DNA of 64,000 bases, taken from Chiloscyllium plagiosum. Taxonomy: Eukaryota. Under the pieces are notes generated by a model, which was not told the origin of the DNA, ran no database searches, and was given only the letters and a program-made list of their open reading frames with translations. Location of the stretch: positions 14,927,273 to 14,991,272 of the forward strand of contig NC_057750.1 of NCBI RefSeq assembly GCF_004010195.1. Reading direction: 5' to 3'. Below are positions 25,296 through 37,200 of this stretch, in pieces. Within the stretch, counting starts at the first letter, position 1, and each line of letters opens with the position of its first letter. The translations under genes and the position numbers were made by a program.

Positions 25296-25538
25296 TCTGG
25301 ATCAGTGGTGCTGGAAGAGCACAGCAATTCAGGCAGCATCCGAAGACAGGCAAAATCGACGTTTCGGGCAAAACCCCGGGCTCTCTGCCTTTATTCCTGA
25401 TGAAGGGCTTTTGCCCGAAACGTCGATTTTGCCTGTCCTCGGATGCTGCCTGAATTGCTGTGCTCTTCCAGCACCACTGATCCAGAATCTGGTTTCCAGC
25501 ATCTGCAGTCATTGTTTTTACCTCGTTGATTTTTACCT
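25296..25538 (+). mobile_element. Palindromic Penelope-type insertion with intact hammerhead core
   Basis: Near-perfect ~80-bp inverted arms; CTGATGA-A-GGGC-TTTT-GCCC-GAAACGTC at 25397-25424; TSD AAGGTGGTATTTGAT at 25281 and 25539. Confidence 0.85.
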
Positions 25539-25775
25539 AAGGTGGTATTTGATACAACTTGCCTTTATTGGTCAGCGCATTGGGTAAACGAGTTGGGAGG
25601 TCATGTTGAGGCTGTACAGGACATTGGTTAGGCCACTTTTAGAATACTACGTTCAATTCTGGTCTCCCTGTTCAAGAAGATTGTGTAAAACGATCTGTTT
25701 GGACAACCTGGAAAGAAGTTGAAACTTTATTGCTGGAACAGCACAGCAGGTCAGGCAGCATCCAGGGAACAGGAG

Positions 25776-25811
25776 ATTCGACGTTTCGGGCACAGGCCCT
25801 TCCTCAGGAAT
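25776..25811 (-). ncRNA. Minimal type I hammerhead ribozyme motif (best-formed copy)
   Basis: Minus strand ATTC-CTGAGGA-A-GGGC-CTGT-GCCC-GAAA-CGTC-GAAT: 4-bp stem I, 4-bp stem II, palindromic ACGT helix III, GUC cleavage triplet. Confidence 0.75.
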
Positions 25812-26265
25812 GGAAAGAATAAAACCAGTAAAACCTGCAATGGGCACATACTGATCTGCCTTGTTTTATCCCCTTTTGCACAGTGCCCCTGTATGATCAG
25901 TACGGACATTCTCAAGTGTTAGTTTTTTTTTAATCATTTCTTTTCCTCTCGGTGATGTTATGACACACCTCTGGTGCAGGTGAGATTTGAACCTGAGTGT
26001 CCTAGCTCAGAGACAGAGACATTACTTACAAAGACCTTGTCGGCGATATGCAAACGCAGCTCACCCTCACCATCTCAATCTGAGATAAGAAATAAGTTTC
26101 CTAGCCTCACCAGCAAACCCCAAATCCTGTACATGCCCGTTCCTTCACCATCACTGGGTCCAAATCCTGGAATTCCTTCCCGACGCGCACTGCCGGGTCC
26201 CTACACCTGCCCCATTCCCTGCAGAAAGGGCTTCGGAATGGGCAATAAATACCTGGTTCTGTCAG

Positions 26266-26471
26266 CGTGACTTGGAGATGCCGGTGTTGGACTGGGGTGG
26301 ACAAAGTTAAAAATCACACAACACCAGGTTATAGTCCGATAGGTTTATTTGGAAGCCCTAGCTTTTTGGAGCTCTGCTCCTTCATCAGATGATTGTGGAA
26401 CAGCGCTCCGAAAGCTAGTGCTTCCAGATAAACCTGTCGGATATAACCTGGTGTTGTGTGATTTTTAACTT
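26266..26471. mobile_element. Palindromic Penelope-type insertion (same family as 10514-10710)
   Basis: Inverted arms; TSD TGGTTCTGTCAG at 26254 and 26472; minus-strand CTGATGA-A-GGAGC-AGA-GCTCC core. Confidence 0.75.
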
Positions 26472-29400
26472 TGGTTCTGTCAGTGATGTGAATGAATTTT
26501 TAAAAGAAGAGATACAGTGAAATGCTGCTGGAAATCTGCAATTAAATCATGAAAGAATCACCAGATGTGTTTCAACAGAGGAGACCATTCAGCCCATTGC
26601 ATCTGCGCCATTGTTACTTAGTACCAATCTCCTGTTTTTTGCCCCATAATCATCGAATGCCCCTCTGTGGAGTGGCTGTAGGACTGTAATGTCTACCTTT
26701 TAACTTTATTTGTATATTTTCCTAACATGTTATGAAGAATTGTAATGTAGAACGCTCAGCTTTTTTTTCGTTATTTCTCAATTTTACTACCTAATCTGTT
26801 TTGACATCTAAGATTTGCAACCGGGCACTTTGTACCTGAGATGTACCTGTGAGATGAAGTTGTAAACCTTTCACTGTACTCCTGTACTTGAGTACACATG
26901 GTAATAAAACCTAATTCTAAGTTCTGAACGCCTCAATTGAACCTGCCTCCAGCACGTTTCCAGGCAGTCTGTACCCAAGCCCCCACAGTCTGGCAGCTCA
27001 ATGGAAAGAGGAGACAAAGAGGGAAACAGTTAACATTTCAAGTTAAGCCCCTTCATCAGAACCGTAGTGAACTATTTGGAGGGTGGGAGTTCTCTCGGCC
27101 AGTTTACACACTCCTGGCTACAGCTATCTGATGTTTGGTTAGGTGTTGGTTGTCATGGAGAATTTACCATCCACCTCCACCCTTGTCTCGGTGTGAGTGT
27201 CACATGCTCTCTCCCACCCAGAGGATGCTGGGAGTGCTCGGTTTAAGATCAGGGTGAAAAGTGACATCTCTGGCCTGGACTCTGGGCCCAAGCTCCTGAA
27301 GTGAGACTTGAACCAATAGCCTTCTCAGTGAGAATAAGGAGTATTACCCACTCCACCACAGCTCTGTTTGTGTGTGTCATTTAGAATCAGAAAACTGCAA
27401 AGCTGGAACCTAAGGGGCAACCTTTTCACACAGAAGGTATGTGTGTATGGAAGGAGCTGCCAGAGGAAGTGGTGGAGGTTGGTACAATTGCAACATTTAA
27501 AAGGCATCTGGATGGGTATATGAATAGGAAGGATTTGGAGAGATATGGGCCAAATGTTGGCAAATATGACCAGATGAGTTTAGGATATTTGGTTGACACG
27601 GATGAGTTGGATCAGTATGAAAATAGCACCGTGGGTATTCGATGGCTGGACCAAGGGAGTGGAGCAGATCTACAATTGTTGTGCTTTTTCAGACCGACCA
27701 GTGGCCGGAAGTGTGTGAACAGTTAGCCCCTCTGTGATATGTAAGGTGCATAAACTCTGGGCATCCTGCAGTATTGACTGTCAGTGTGTCACTGTGACTG
27801 CTGGGGAGCTGCCTGAGATGGACACTTGCCCACTTGCTGAACAGGAAGATGGGAGGGTTCATGTGTCAGAATGACCCTGTGTCATGTACACTGGTTGCTG
27901 TCCCTGCTCCCACACACTGGATTCGTTGCTCAGCACAGACCCACAGCCTGGTTAATGTCCAAAGAGTGATGGCCCACCAGGTCTCTCCCACACAGACATG
28001 TGAGCAGTGAGGTAACGTGTGTGTTTATGGAACATTTCTGAACTATCTACACTGCCTTGTCAGCTGTGGCCTCAGTGCCACAGCTTCCTTTACCTTGCCC
28101 CCCTCTCGCTGTGCCACCCTGAGATGCCCTGTCCTCCAGCTCAGGTGCAGGGAGCCTGTTTGGCAGTGTAGCCTGTCGACCCTGGAGGTTTGGTGGGGTT
28201 ATCCTGTATGGGTCAGCGAGGCCGAGGGCTGTCTTACCAGAAACAAGTTGACCTTCCTCGACCTGTGTTTCCAAGGGTCCTATCGTGCCAGGTGGAGGGC
28301 TGTGCACCTCAAGGGTCACGTGCCAATGGGTTTGTGTGCGCTTCTTGGCACGGCCCCGCCCCCTTGTGAGAAAGAGGGGGCCCCGACAGGGGCCAAAGTC
28401 CCTCCTTTAGCTTCTTGTTGTGACTTTCCTGAGCCCCCCCCAATGAGCGGGGCCAGTGAAGTGCAGAGTCTCCAGTATCTCCTGAGTGTGCACGGCCAAA
28501 CTGTCCAGCCCTGGGTTCGGTGACCTCTCTCAACCACTTCAGCATGGAGCCCATCCTCCGTTATGGACAAAGGGAAGTTTATCAACCTCGTGGTTATCGA
28601 TCTGCCCAAGCAGTGCCACTGTAGTAGATGTTAGGACGGTGACTTTGCACGAGTAGAAGGAGATGGAGTTAGGAACAATGTGAAGGGAACTGTCATGGGT
28701 CAGGAATTACAGGGGTCCGCTGTAAGGTTTTGTTGCCCCTTCAGGGTCCTTGAATCTCACCCACGCCAGTCCGCTCTACTGAGAATATACTTGCCATAAT
28801 TCGGCAAGGTTCATCAGATGAGATCTTGCCAATTATACCACATACTGTTGGTGGTTCTTGCCAAACCACCAGGAGACTTGGGTACAGGTTATATTGCTGC
28901 CTCTTGTCTACGCTTAAAAAGCAGTCGTAAACATGGGTGGCTCTGTAGTTAGCATTGCCTGTCTCTCAGCGCCAGGGACCAAGTCCACCCTCCGATGACT
29001 GTCCGTGTGGAATGTGTACATTGTCCCTGTGCCTGCATGGGTTTCCCCCCACAGCCCAAAGATGTACAGGTTAAGTGGATTGGCCACAGGGAATGTGGGG
29101 TGTCAGAGATAAGGTGGGTCTGGGTGGGATGCCCTTCAAAGGCTGGTGCAGACTCGATAGGTGGAACGGCTCCAAACTGCACTGTTGGGATTCTGATTCT
29201 GTGGTGAACTTTCTGAGACTGAACTCTGGCAAAAACCCACAAATTCTCAACCTTACACCTTCAGTCACATATACGATATCAAATTTGATCTATTTACAAC
29301 CATGTATAAAAACCAAATGTCCCTTATTTTGCCCCATCCACCCAAGGTCTGCTTTTATCCTGTGGGGGGGTGGGGGGTGGATTGTGCGCAGTCTGGGCTG

Positions 29401-29979
29401 TGTCCTTGTTTCTAGCACTCGCTGGCCCAGCTCTTTGTCATCCTGTCTAGAGTGTATCTGCTAATCTCCTGTTCTGCTTGCATTTGTTTTACTAAAATGT
29501 TTTGAACTGACATTGTATTTAACCCTTTGTGGCTGAAAGAGTTAAAGCTCTAATCCCAGACTGCTTACTCCATGTTGGGCAAAGCCAGTTTCCTGAAGTT
29601 CACTACCAGGACTTTTTTTTTATTGGCACAAGAATCCAGGCTGGTGCTCCCAGTGGGAGTTTGAGGGAGTGTTGGAGGTTCCATATTTCGGGGGGGGGGG
29701 GGCGAGAGTTTTAACTGAGATCTCATCTGACCTCTTGAATGGCATAAAAGATCCTCTGGGATTATTTCTAAAAGATCTGGAAATTTTCACCATGGTCTAG
29801 CTAATGTTTACTTCTTGATACTACAGATTACATTACCCCGAGTGCTAGGAGTTGAAAGGGATGGCTTATGAGGAGAGATTGACTAGACTACACTCATTGG
29901 AATTTAGAAGAATTTAAGGGGTGGAGGGTTCTTATAGAAATTATGTAGGAAATAGATAAAATAGAAGCAGGGAGGTTTT

Positions 29980-30295
29980 TTTTAGATTAGATTACATTAC
30001 AGCGTGGAAACAGGCCCTTCGGCCCAACAAGTCCACACCGACCCGCCGAAGCGCAACCCACCCATGCCCCTACATTTACCTCTTACCTAACACTACGGGC
30101 AATTTAGCATGGCCAATTCACCTAACTTGCACATCTTTGGACTGTGGGAAGAAACCGGAGCACCCGGAGGAAACCCACGCAGACACTGGGAAAACGTGCA
30201 AACTCCATACAGTCAGTCACCTGAGGCGGGAATTGAACCTGGGTCTCAGGTGCTGTGAGGTAGCAGTGCTAACCGCTGTGCCACCGTGCTGCCCA
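29980..30295 (-). mobile_element. HE1-type tRNA-derived SINE, full length
   Basis: GGGCAGCACGGTGGCACAGCGGTTAGCACTGCT head with B box GGTTCAATTCC; LINE-like tail and (TAATC)n. Confidence 0.9.
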
Positions 30296-31204
30296 GAGGT
30301 TGTTTCCACTGGTGGGGTGAAACTTGAACTAGGGGCATTGCCTCAAGGTTAGAGGGAACAGATCTAGGACTGAGTTGAGGAGGAACTTCTCCCCCCACAA
30401 AGGGTTGTGAATCTGTGGAATTCCCCTGCCCAGTGAAGCAGTGGAGGCTACCATATTGAATGTCTTTAAGGTAAAGATAGATTTATGAACAGTAAAGGAA
30501 TTAAGGGTTATGGTGATTAGGTGGGTAAGTGGAGCGGAGTCGATGAGAAGCTCAGCCATGATCTTATTGAATGGTGGAGCAGGCTGAGGGGCCAGACGGC
30601 CTACTCTTGCTCCAAGTTCTTATGATTTTATGAGAGCCTTTTGTGTCTAAAGTGGCTGTATTACAGACCGTGACTAACTTTATATAGAACTTCATTGCCT
30701 GTAGACGACATCCAGAGGGCCTTGTGAAATGTGCTATCCAAATGCATGATCTATCTTTCTATTAGTTAATGGGTAGTGCTGTATTCTGACAATCCTCACT
30801 TTCACCCCTAACCCCTCTCTAGAAACGATAGTGTAACAGGGAGAGTGACAGACAGTAGACAGTATTGGAGCTCAGGAATAACTGCAAATTGGAACCTCAT
30901 GCCCAAAACGTCGGTTCTCCTGCTCCTCGGATGCTGCCTGACCTGTGCTTTTCCAGTGCTACACTTTTCGACTCTGATCTCCAGCGTCTGTTGTCTTCAC
31001 CTTCTCCACGACCGCAAATTGGAACGGTATGGACAGGAATAAAGTGACGGGAATGAATGTTAATGAGAACGTTGGGTGCAGAGTTTGACTATCGCTGGTA
31101 AAAGAATTATTATTGTCAGGGCTAGGAGCAAATAGAGGGTGCTGAAATCTGTACAGCAGTCACAAATGCTGGAGATCACAGCCATTCAGGCAGCATCTGC
31201 GGAG

Positions 31205-31455
31205 AGAGGCAAGCAACGTTTCGAGTCTAGATGACTCTTCCTCAGAGCTGACATGAAGTGTGGAGGGGACAGCATTTATACAATAGTGGGGGTGGAGTGC
31301 TGGGGGAGAAAGGATGCTAATAGTTCAGATTAAGTGATCAGAATGTAAGAACAGTAGAACAATGGTGTATCTAACTGCCAGACTGGAAAGGATCGATGGT
31401 CCCACAAGTTGTGGGAGGGGAGAGAGGACATGGTGATGGAGAATGTAACAAGTAT
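31205..31455 (-). mobile_element. Penelope-type 3' region with hammerhead-like core
   Basis: Minus strand AGCT-CTGAGGA-A-GAGTC-ATCTA-GACTC-GAAACGTT at 31258-31215. Confidence 0.6.
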
Positions 31456-31684
31456 ATATAAAAGAAAGGGCTTTTGATCTTGCAATCATCAGGACAGAAT
31501 CACGAGAATGCCCAATCTCTAAGGGAATAACAATTTATATTGCATGAGGAAAGCTGATTGGCCATCAAGTTAAGTAAAGATGGTTCCCTCTAGCAGCCTC
31601 AAGCTAGAAGTGACCTTGTGACCTGTATCTAATTGTGTGCTGAGTTTAAATAGAAAGGGAGGGTTTCACCCACCAATGTTTGCA

Positions 31685-32137
31685 CATCGAGTCATACAGC
31701 ACGGAAACAGACCCTTCAGTCCACCCAGTCCGTGCCAACCATAATCCCAGACTAAACTTTTCCCACCTGCCTGCTCCTGGGCCCATATCCCTCCAAACCT
31801 TTCCTGTTCATGTACTTCTCCAAATGTCTTTTAAATGTTGTATTTTTACCCACATCTACCACTTTCTCAGGAAGTTCATTCCACATGCAAACCAACCTCT
31901 GAGGCAAATATTTTAGTCTTTTTTTAAATCTCTCTCCTTTCGCCTTAAAAATGTGTCCCCTAGTCTTGAAATTTCCCATCCTAGGGAAAAGGCGGCTACC
32001 ATTAACCTTATCCATACCCCTCATTATTTTATAAACATTTATAAGGTCGCCTCTCAACCTCCTACACTCCAGTGAAATAAGTCCCAGTCTATCCAGCCTT
32101 TCTTTATAACTCAAACGTTCCATACCCGACAACATCT
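31685..32137 (-). mobile_element. CR1/HER1-type LINE 3' end
   Basis: LSYKERLDRLGLISLECRRLRGDLINVYKIMRG. Confidence 0.88.
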
Positions 32138-32796
32138 GCCCAACCACAGTATCACCTCTTTGAGCAATCTGCTGACTTCTTATCTCTAACATTGCGTTGT
32201 GATCTTGTCAAATTTTGTTTTATTATGCACCTGGGAAGCACCAGGTGACTATAGTTGTCAGAGCAAAAGTGAGGACTGCAGATGCCGAGATTAGAGTCGA
32301 GAGTGTGGTGCTGGAAAAGCACAGCAGGTCAGGCAGCATCTGAGGAGCAGGAGAATCAATGTTTAGGGCAAAAGCCCTTCATCAGAAATGAGGCTCAGTC
32401 CTGATGAAGGACTTTTGCCCAAAACATCGATTTGCTGCGTGACCTATGTTTTTCCAGCACCACCCTCTTGACTATATTTGTCACACGAGAGGTGCTCCAG
32501 AAATGCAAGTTGTTGTTATACTGGGTGTCTGGCTGCCTGTGAATTGTGTCCATTGGGAGTCATAGGCATAGCGTCCTTGCAACACAGGAAGAGACCCTTT
32601 GGCCCAGTCATCAAGAATCTATCTGCCCTAATCCCGTTTTCCAACACTTGGCCCATGGCCTTGTATTAAGTGTTCATCTAAATGCTATTTCAATTTCTTG
32701 AGGGCTGACACCTTCAGTCTTTCAGCCAAAGAGCTCCAAATACCAACCACCCTTTGGGTGAGAAACCTTTTCCTCAAACCATTCATCTTAAAACCA

Positions 32797-33122
32797 GGGC
32801 GGCACGGTAGCTCAGTGGTTAGCACTGCTGCCTCACAGCATCAGGGATCTGGGTTTGATTCCAGCTTGAGCGATTGTCTGTACATTCACCTTGTGACTGT
32901 GTGGGTTTCCTCCAGGTGCTCCAGTTTCCTCCCACAGTCCAAAGATGTGCAGATTAGGTAAATTGGCCATGCTAAATTGCCCAGAGTGTTCAGGGATATG
33001 TAGAGTACATATTATCAGGGGTAAATATAGGGTAGGGGAATGGGTCTGGGTGAGTTACTCTTTGGAGGGTCAGTATGGACTTGTTGGACCGAAGGGCCTG
33101 TTTCTACACTGTGGGGATTCTA
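32797..33122 (+). mobile_element. HE1-type SINE
   Basis: GGGCGGCACGGTAGCTCAGTGGTTAGCACTGCTGCCTCACAGC head; LINE-like tail. Confidence 0.88.
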
Positions 33123-33859
33123 TATATAAAAAAATACGATGCCCCCTGATTATTGACCCCTTGACTAAGGGAGGAAAGGTTTCTCCTTGCATACAGTGTG
33201 TGGGCCCCTTGGGGCTTCCTACACCTGAAAGAGGCTAAGTGCCAGTGTTGGGAAAGTGGAGGATGAGGGGGTGAAAGCTGCCTTCATTTCTCCAAATTGA
33301 GTGGAGTTAATGCACTTCCATGCTGCCCGTGTGTGTGTGTATCTCTCTCTCTCTCTCTTTTCCCTGGGTTCAGTACCTGAGGCAGGAAACCGGAGGCTGT
33401 TACCTGAGCCCGGTTGACCTTTACCCTTGGCACTCCTGCAAAACAGGAGACGCACCCTGTGTGCTGGAGGTTGTGTGTGTTGGGGGGGGTAACCCCTGCA
33501 CATTGTCTGGGACCTGACCCTTAGAGAGGAGTCCTGATTAATTCCACACGGAGTGACTCCAGCACAGGGTGCTGTTAAGCAACTGCACCCACGGAACCAG
33601 CCGACTGGAATCGACAGCTTTTTGCAGGGAAAATCCGGCAGACTTGGAGGTAGGCTTTGTCGCTGAACTGGGGTGCAAACGCCTCCCCACCCCCATCTCC
33701 ACCCCCAGCTAGGCCTCTGGCCTTCTAACTCTAGGCTGCATGTACACTTCAGGCTAAGGAAGGCTATACTGTCATTTCCATGGCAACTGATCTCATCACG
33801 AAACAAGCATTTTAGATCATTTTAAAACTCAGGGGTTTGGCAAATTTATTTTATGCAGG

Positions 33860-34150
33860 GAGTCCAGGACCCAAGTCAATGTTCAGGGGAACAGTGTTTC
33901 GAACCTCCATGTGGCAGATGGTGAAATTTGAATTCAATTTTTGGTGGTGTCATGTGACTATTGTCAGTTAATACAAAAGCTCACCTGGTTCACTAATATC
34001 CTTTAGGGAAGGAAATCTGTCGTCCTTACCCAGTCTGGCCTACATATGACTCCAGACCCGCAGCAATGTGGTTGACTCCTCTGTGCCCTCTGGACAGACA
34101 GGGATGGACAATGGATGCTGGCCTAGCCAGGGACACCCACAGAGCTAAAA
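33860..34150 (+). mobile_element. Second SINE-like family (copies also at ~340-500, 12890-13175, 48560-48905, 52400-52650, 63115-63440)
   Basis: Shared core TTTAGGGAAGGAAATCTG..GTCCTTACC..GTCTGGCCTACA.TGACTCCAGACCC. Confidence 0.75.
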
Positions 34151-36449
34151 ATGAAATTTTAAAAACTTTCAGCTCTGGACTACAGTCAGAGGACAGGAGA
34201 ATTGCAAATGTAACAGCCTTGCTCGAGAAAGGGTTTGTAAGGATAAGTGCACAATTAAAGACCAGTCATTTAACTGATGGGGAAACATCTTGAAATAATT
34301 GAAATTGAATTAATAGTACAATGAAAGGATGTGGGATAATAAACAAGAGCCTGTACGGATTTCAAAGGCTATGTCGTATTTAACTAACTTGCTGGGTTTT
34401 TTTTTTCTTGTGTGTTGATGAGTGTGATGCTTCTAATGTGTCAGCAGAATTATTCATTATAGTTCTGAAGTCTGGGTGGCAGAGTAAAGGTGATTGGTAT
34501 AAGAGGGACAGTAGCTACATGGATCCAAAATTGGCTGAGAGATCAGAAAGCGAGTAATGATTGATGCATATTTTTCAGGCCGGAGGAAGGTTTGTAGTGG
34601 AATCCCCCAAAGGTCAATGTTGGGCCCCTTAGCTGTTCCTGATATATTAATGGTCTTGATTGTTTTTGTGTGTGTGCAGGGAACAGTTTGCAGATGATAC
34701 AGAAGTGTTGTAAACTAGAAGGAGGGTGATGTTCAGCTAAAGAAGGATGTTGACAAGTTGGAGTGGACAGAGGTGGCAGATGGAGTGCAGTAAAGTGTGA
34801 GCTGATGCACGTTGGTACAAAAAAACACACAGACAAAAAGCACAAAATATTCTAAAGACTGAGGAGCAGAGGGGCCTGGGTGTATATGTGCCTAAGTTAT
34901 TAATTGTGATATCAATGGGTAAATTAAGCAGTTAATAAGGACACTTGTTAGATCTCAGCTGGAGGACTGTGTACAGTTAGGCTTTAATGAGGATGTGAAT
35001 GCACTGGTGAACATGCAGAAGAGGCTTAAGATAGACTAAAGAAATTGGGACTGTTTTCCTCAGAGGAGATTTGATGGAAAGGGCTTCAGTCAGCATATAT
35101 TGAGGGGGGAGGGGGGGGGGGTGTGGTACTGTTCTCTCTCTCGATAGTATCACAAGTGAGAAGAGACAGATAGAAGGCAATTCGCAAAAGGAGCGAATGT
35201 GGTGAGAAAAGTCTCTTTTTTTTCTGAGTTGTTAGGGTTTGGAATGCACAGCCTGGGAATGTGTGGTGGAGTCTGAGTCAATGAGGCATTCAAGAGGATA
35301 TTTGAGTAGAAATAATTGGGTAGGAGGAAAAAGGCACAGATTGACACTGTTTTGTTTTTAATTCACTCGCGGGTCATGGGTGTCACTGGCTGGACCATTG
35401 TTTATTGCCTGTCCCTAACTGCCCTTCGGAAGAGCTCTGACTTGGCCATTTTACTGCGGTTCTGAAGTAGGAATGAGAGATTTCCGTCCTCAAAAGATTT
35501 TTGGTGACCCAGATGGGTTTTTACAGCCATGAGTTGTAATTTCATGGTTGCCGTCACTGGCACTAGCTTTATATTGTGGATTTTTCAAAACTGATTTTAG
35601 AATTCCGGGATTTTAACCCAGCATTTGAGCCCATGAGCCCAGACCATTCGCCTGGGCCTCTGGATCAACTAGTCCAGTTATGTTACTGCAATATAACCAT
35701 TAGGGTTACAGGGATCAAAGGGTGTGGGGGAAAGGAACAGGGGGATGATCAGCTACGATCGTATTGAATGGTGGAGCAGGCTCGAAGGGCTGAATGGCCT
35801 ATTCCTATTTTCTATGTTTACCTTGACATTAATATGCAATGCTGATGCAACTAAAGCAGTGCCTCAACTATTTTAGTCTTCCAGAAGGTTTCCCTTTCTG
35901 TCCCTCTTGTTTTTGTGTTTGTTGTACCAGAGTGTGAGCCAAGAGTGTCTTCTCAAGTCATTGCCAGCAGGGGGTCTAACAGCACTCAGTTCGAGTGCAA
36001 TGAGCTGAGCTGTGATGGACTCTCGTTCAGGCGAGCACCACTTTGCTCTGTCCCATTCTGCCCGTGCCAGCAATGGTTGGCTCATTGGTTAGCACTGCTG
36101 CCTCGCAGCACCAGGGTGCTGGGTTCAATTCCAGCCTCAGGCGACCATCTATGTGGAGTTTGCACATTGCAGGTGGATTAGCCATGGTATAGGCACAGTT
36201 ACAGGGTCAGGATAGAAAGGGAGAGCCTGGGTGGGATGCTGTTCAATGTGGACTTGGTGGGCCGAATGGCCTGCCTCTCCACCATTGAGGGTTCAATGAT
36301 TCATTGTCCTGGGCTATGCTGAGGTCCCGAGATGGGGGACATTAGTTAGTACTTGGCCAACCTCTCCTTGGGTGGGACCTTCTGTAGGGAGTGCCCTTAC
36401 ACACGCACCTCACCCTCACCCGACCACCACGCCGTGCAGAGCTTCCGAA

Positions 36450-37200
36450 ACACGCACATGTATTGCTGGAAAAGCTCAGCAGGTCTGACCGCATCTGTTA
36501 ATGTTTCAAGTCCAGAAACTCGGAACTGATGGTGGTTGGGAAAATGTCTGTTTATATGCAGAAGACAGAGTGGGGGGATGGGAAAAGGAGTAAATGATGA
36601 GTGGGGATCAGCCTGGGCGAATGAATAGCTAACTAATGGGGGACAATTAATGGCTAACAATCTGTGTGTGTAATAGACTGTGTGATAACAAGGCAAAAGT
36701 GGGTACTGCAGATAGTGGAGATCAGAGTCAAGATTAGAGTGGTGCTGGAAAAACACAGGCCAGGCAGCATCCGAGGAGCAGGAAAAATTGACATTTCGGG
36801 CAAAAGTCCTGATGCTGCCTGACCTGCTGTACTTTTCCAGTACCACGCTAATCTATGTGACAATAAGACCTGGTGTGTAAGGACTAGGGTAAGGACAACG
36901 GAGGAGGTGTTTCAAGCCCTAAAATGGTTGAGTTCCATGTGAATCCAGAAGGCTGTAGAATTCCCAAGTGGATAAGGAGGTGCTGTTCTTCCAGCTTGTG
37001 TTGAGCTGTGCTGGAGCAGAGGTGTTGACCAGGGAACATGGTGATGTGTTGGTGGCGGGCAACCGGAAGCTCAGGGTGGTCTTTGCAGACAGAGCTTCCC
37101 CCGTCCACAGCCTCTGTTCCCTTTTTGTGTTGCAGACGCAGATAGCCTGCACTGACAGGCCTCTTGACGATGTATTTGGCATCAAGTGATTGATCCTCTC
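36450..37200 (-). mobile_element. Degenerate Penelope-like element (GIY-YIG C-terminus)
   Basis: QHKLEEQHLLIHLGILQPSG similar to the 22 kb element; nested short palindrome 36695-36850. Confidence 0.7.

Noticed and set aside
28017..28620. 168-aa ORF and overlapping minus-strand ORFs
   Set aside because: No recognisable domain or convincing splice structure; possibly an old retroelement remnant
33219..33806. 195-aa minus-strand ORF / possible promoter-like unique region
   Set aside because: Spans microsatellites, no homology; a plus-strand donor near 33650 is too weak to call
35931..36030. Upstream coding exon of the nesprin-like gene
   Set aside because: Good acceptor but only a weak GC donor, and phase incompatible with the 42097 exon; could still be UTR
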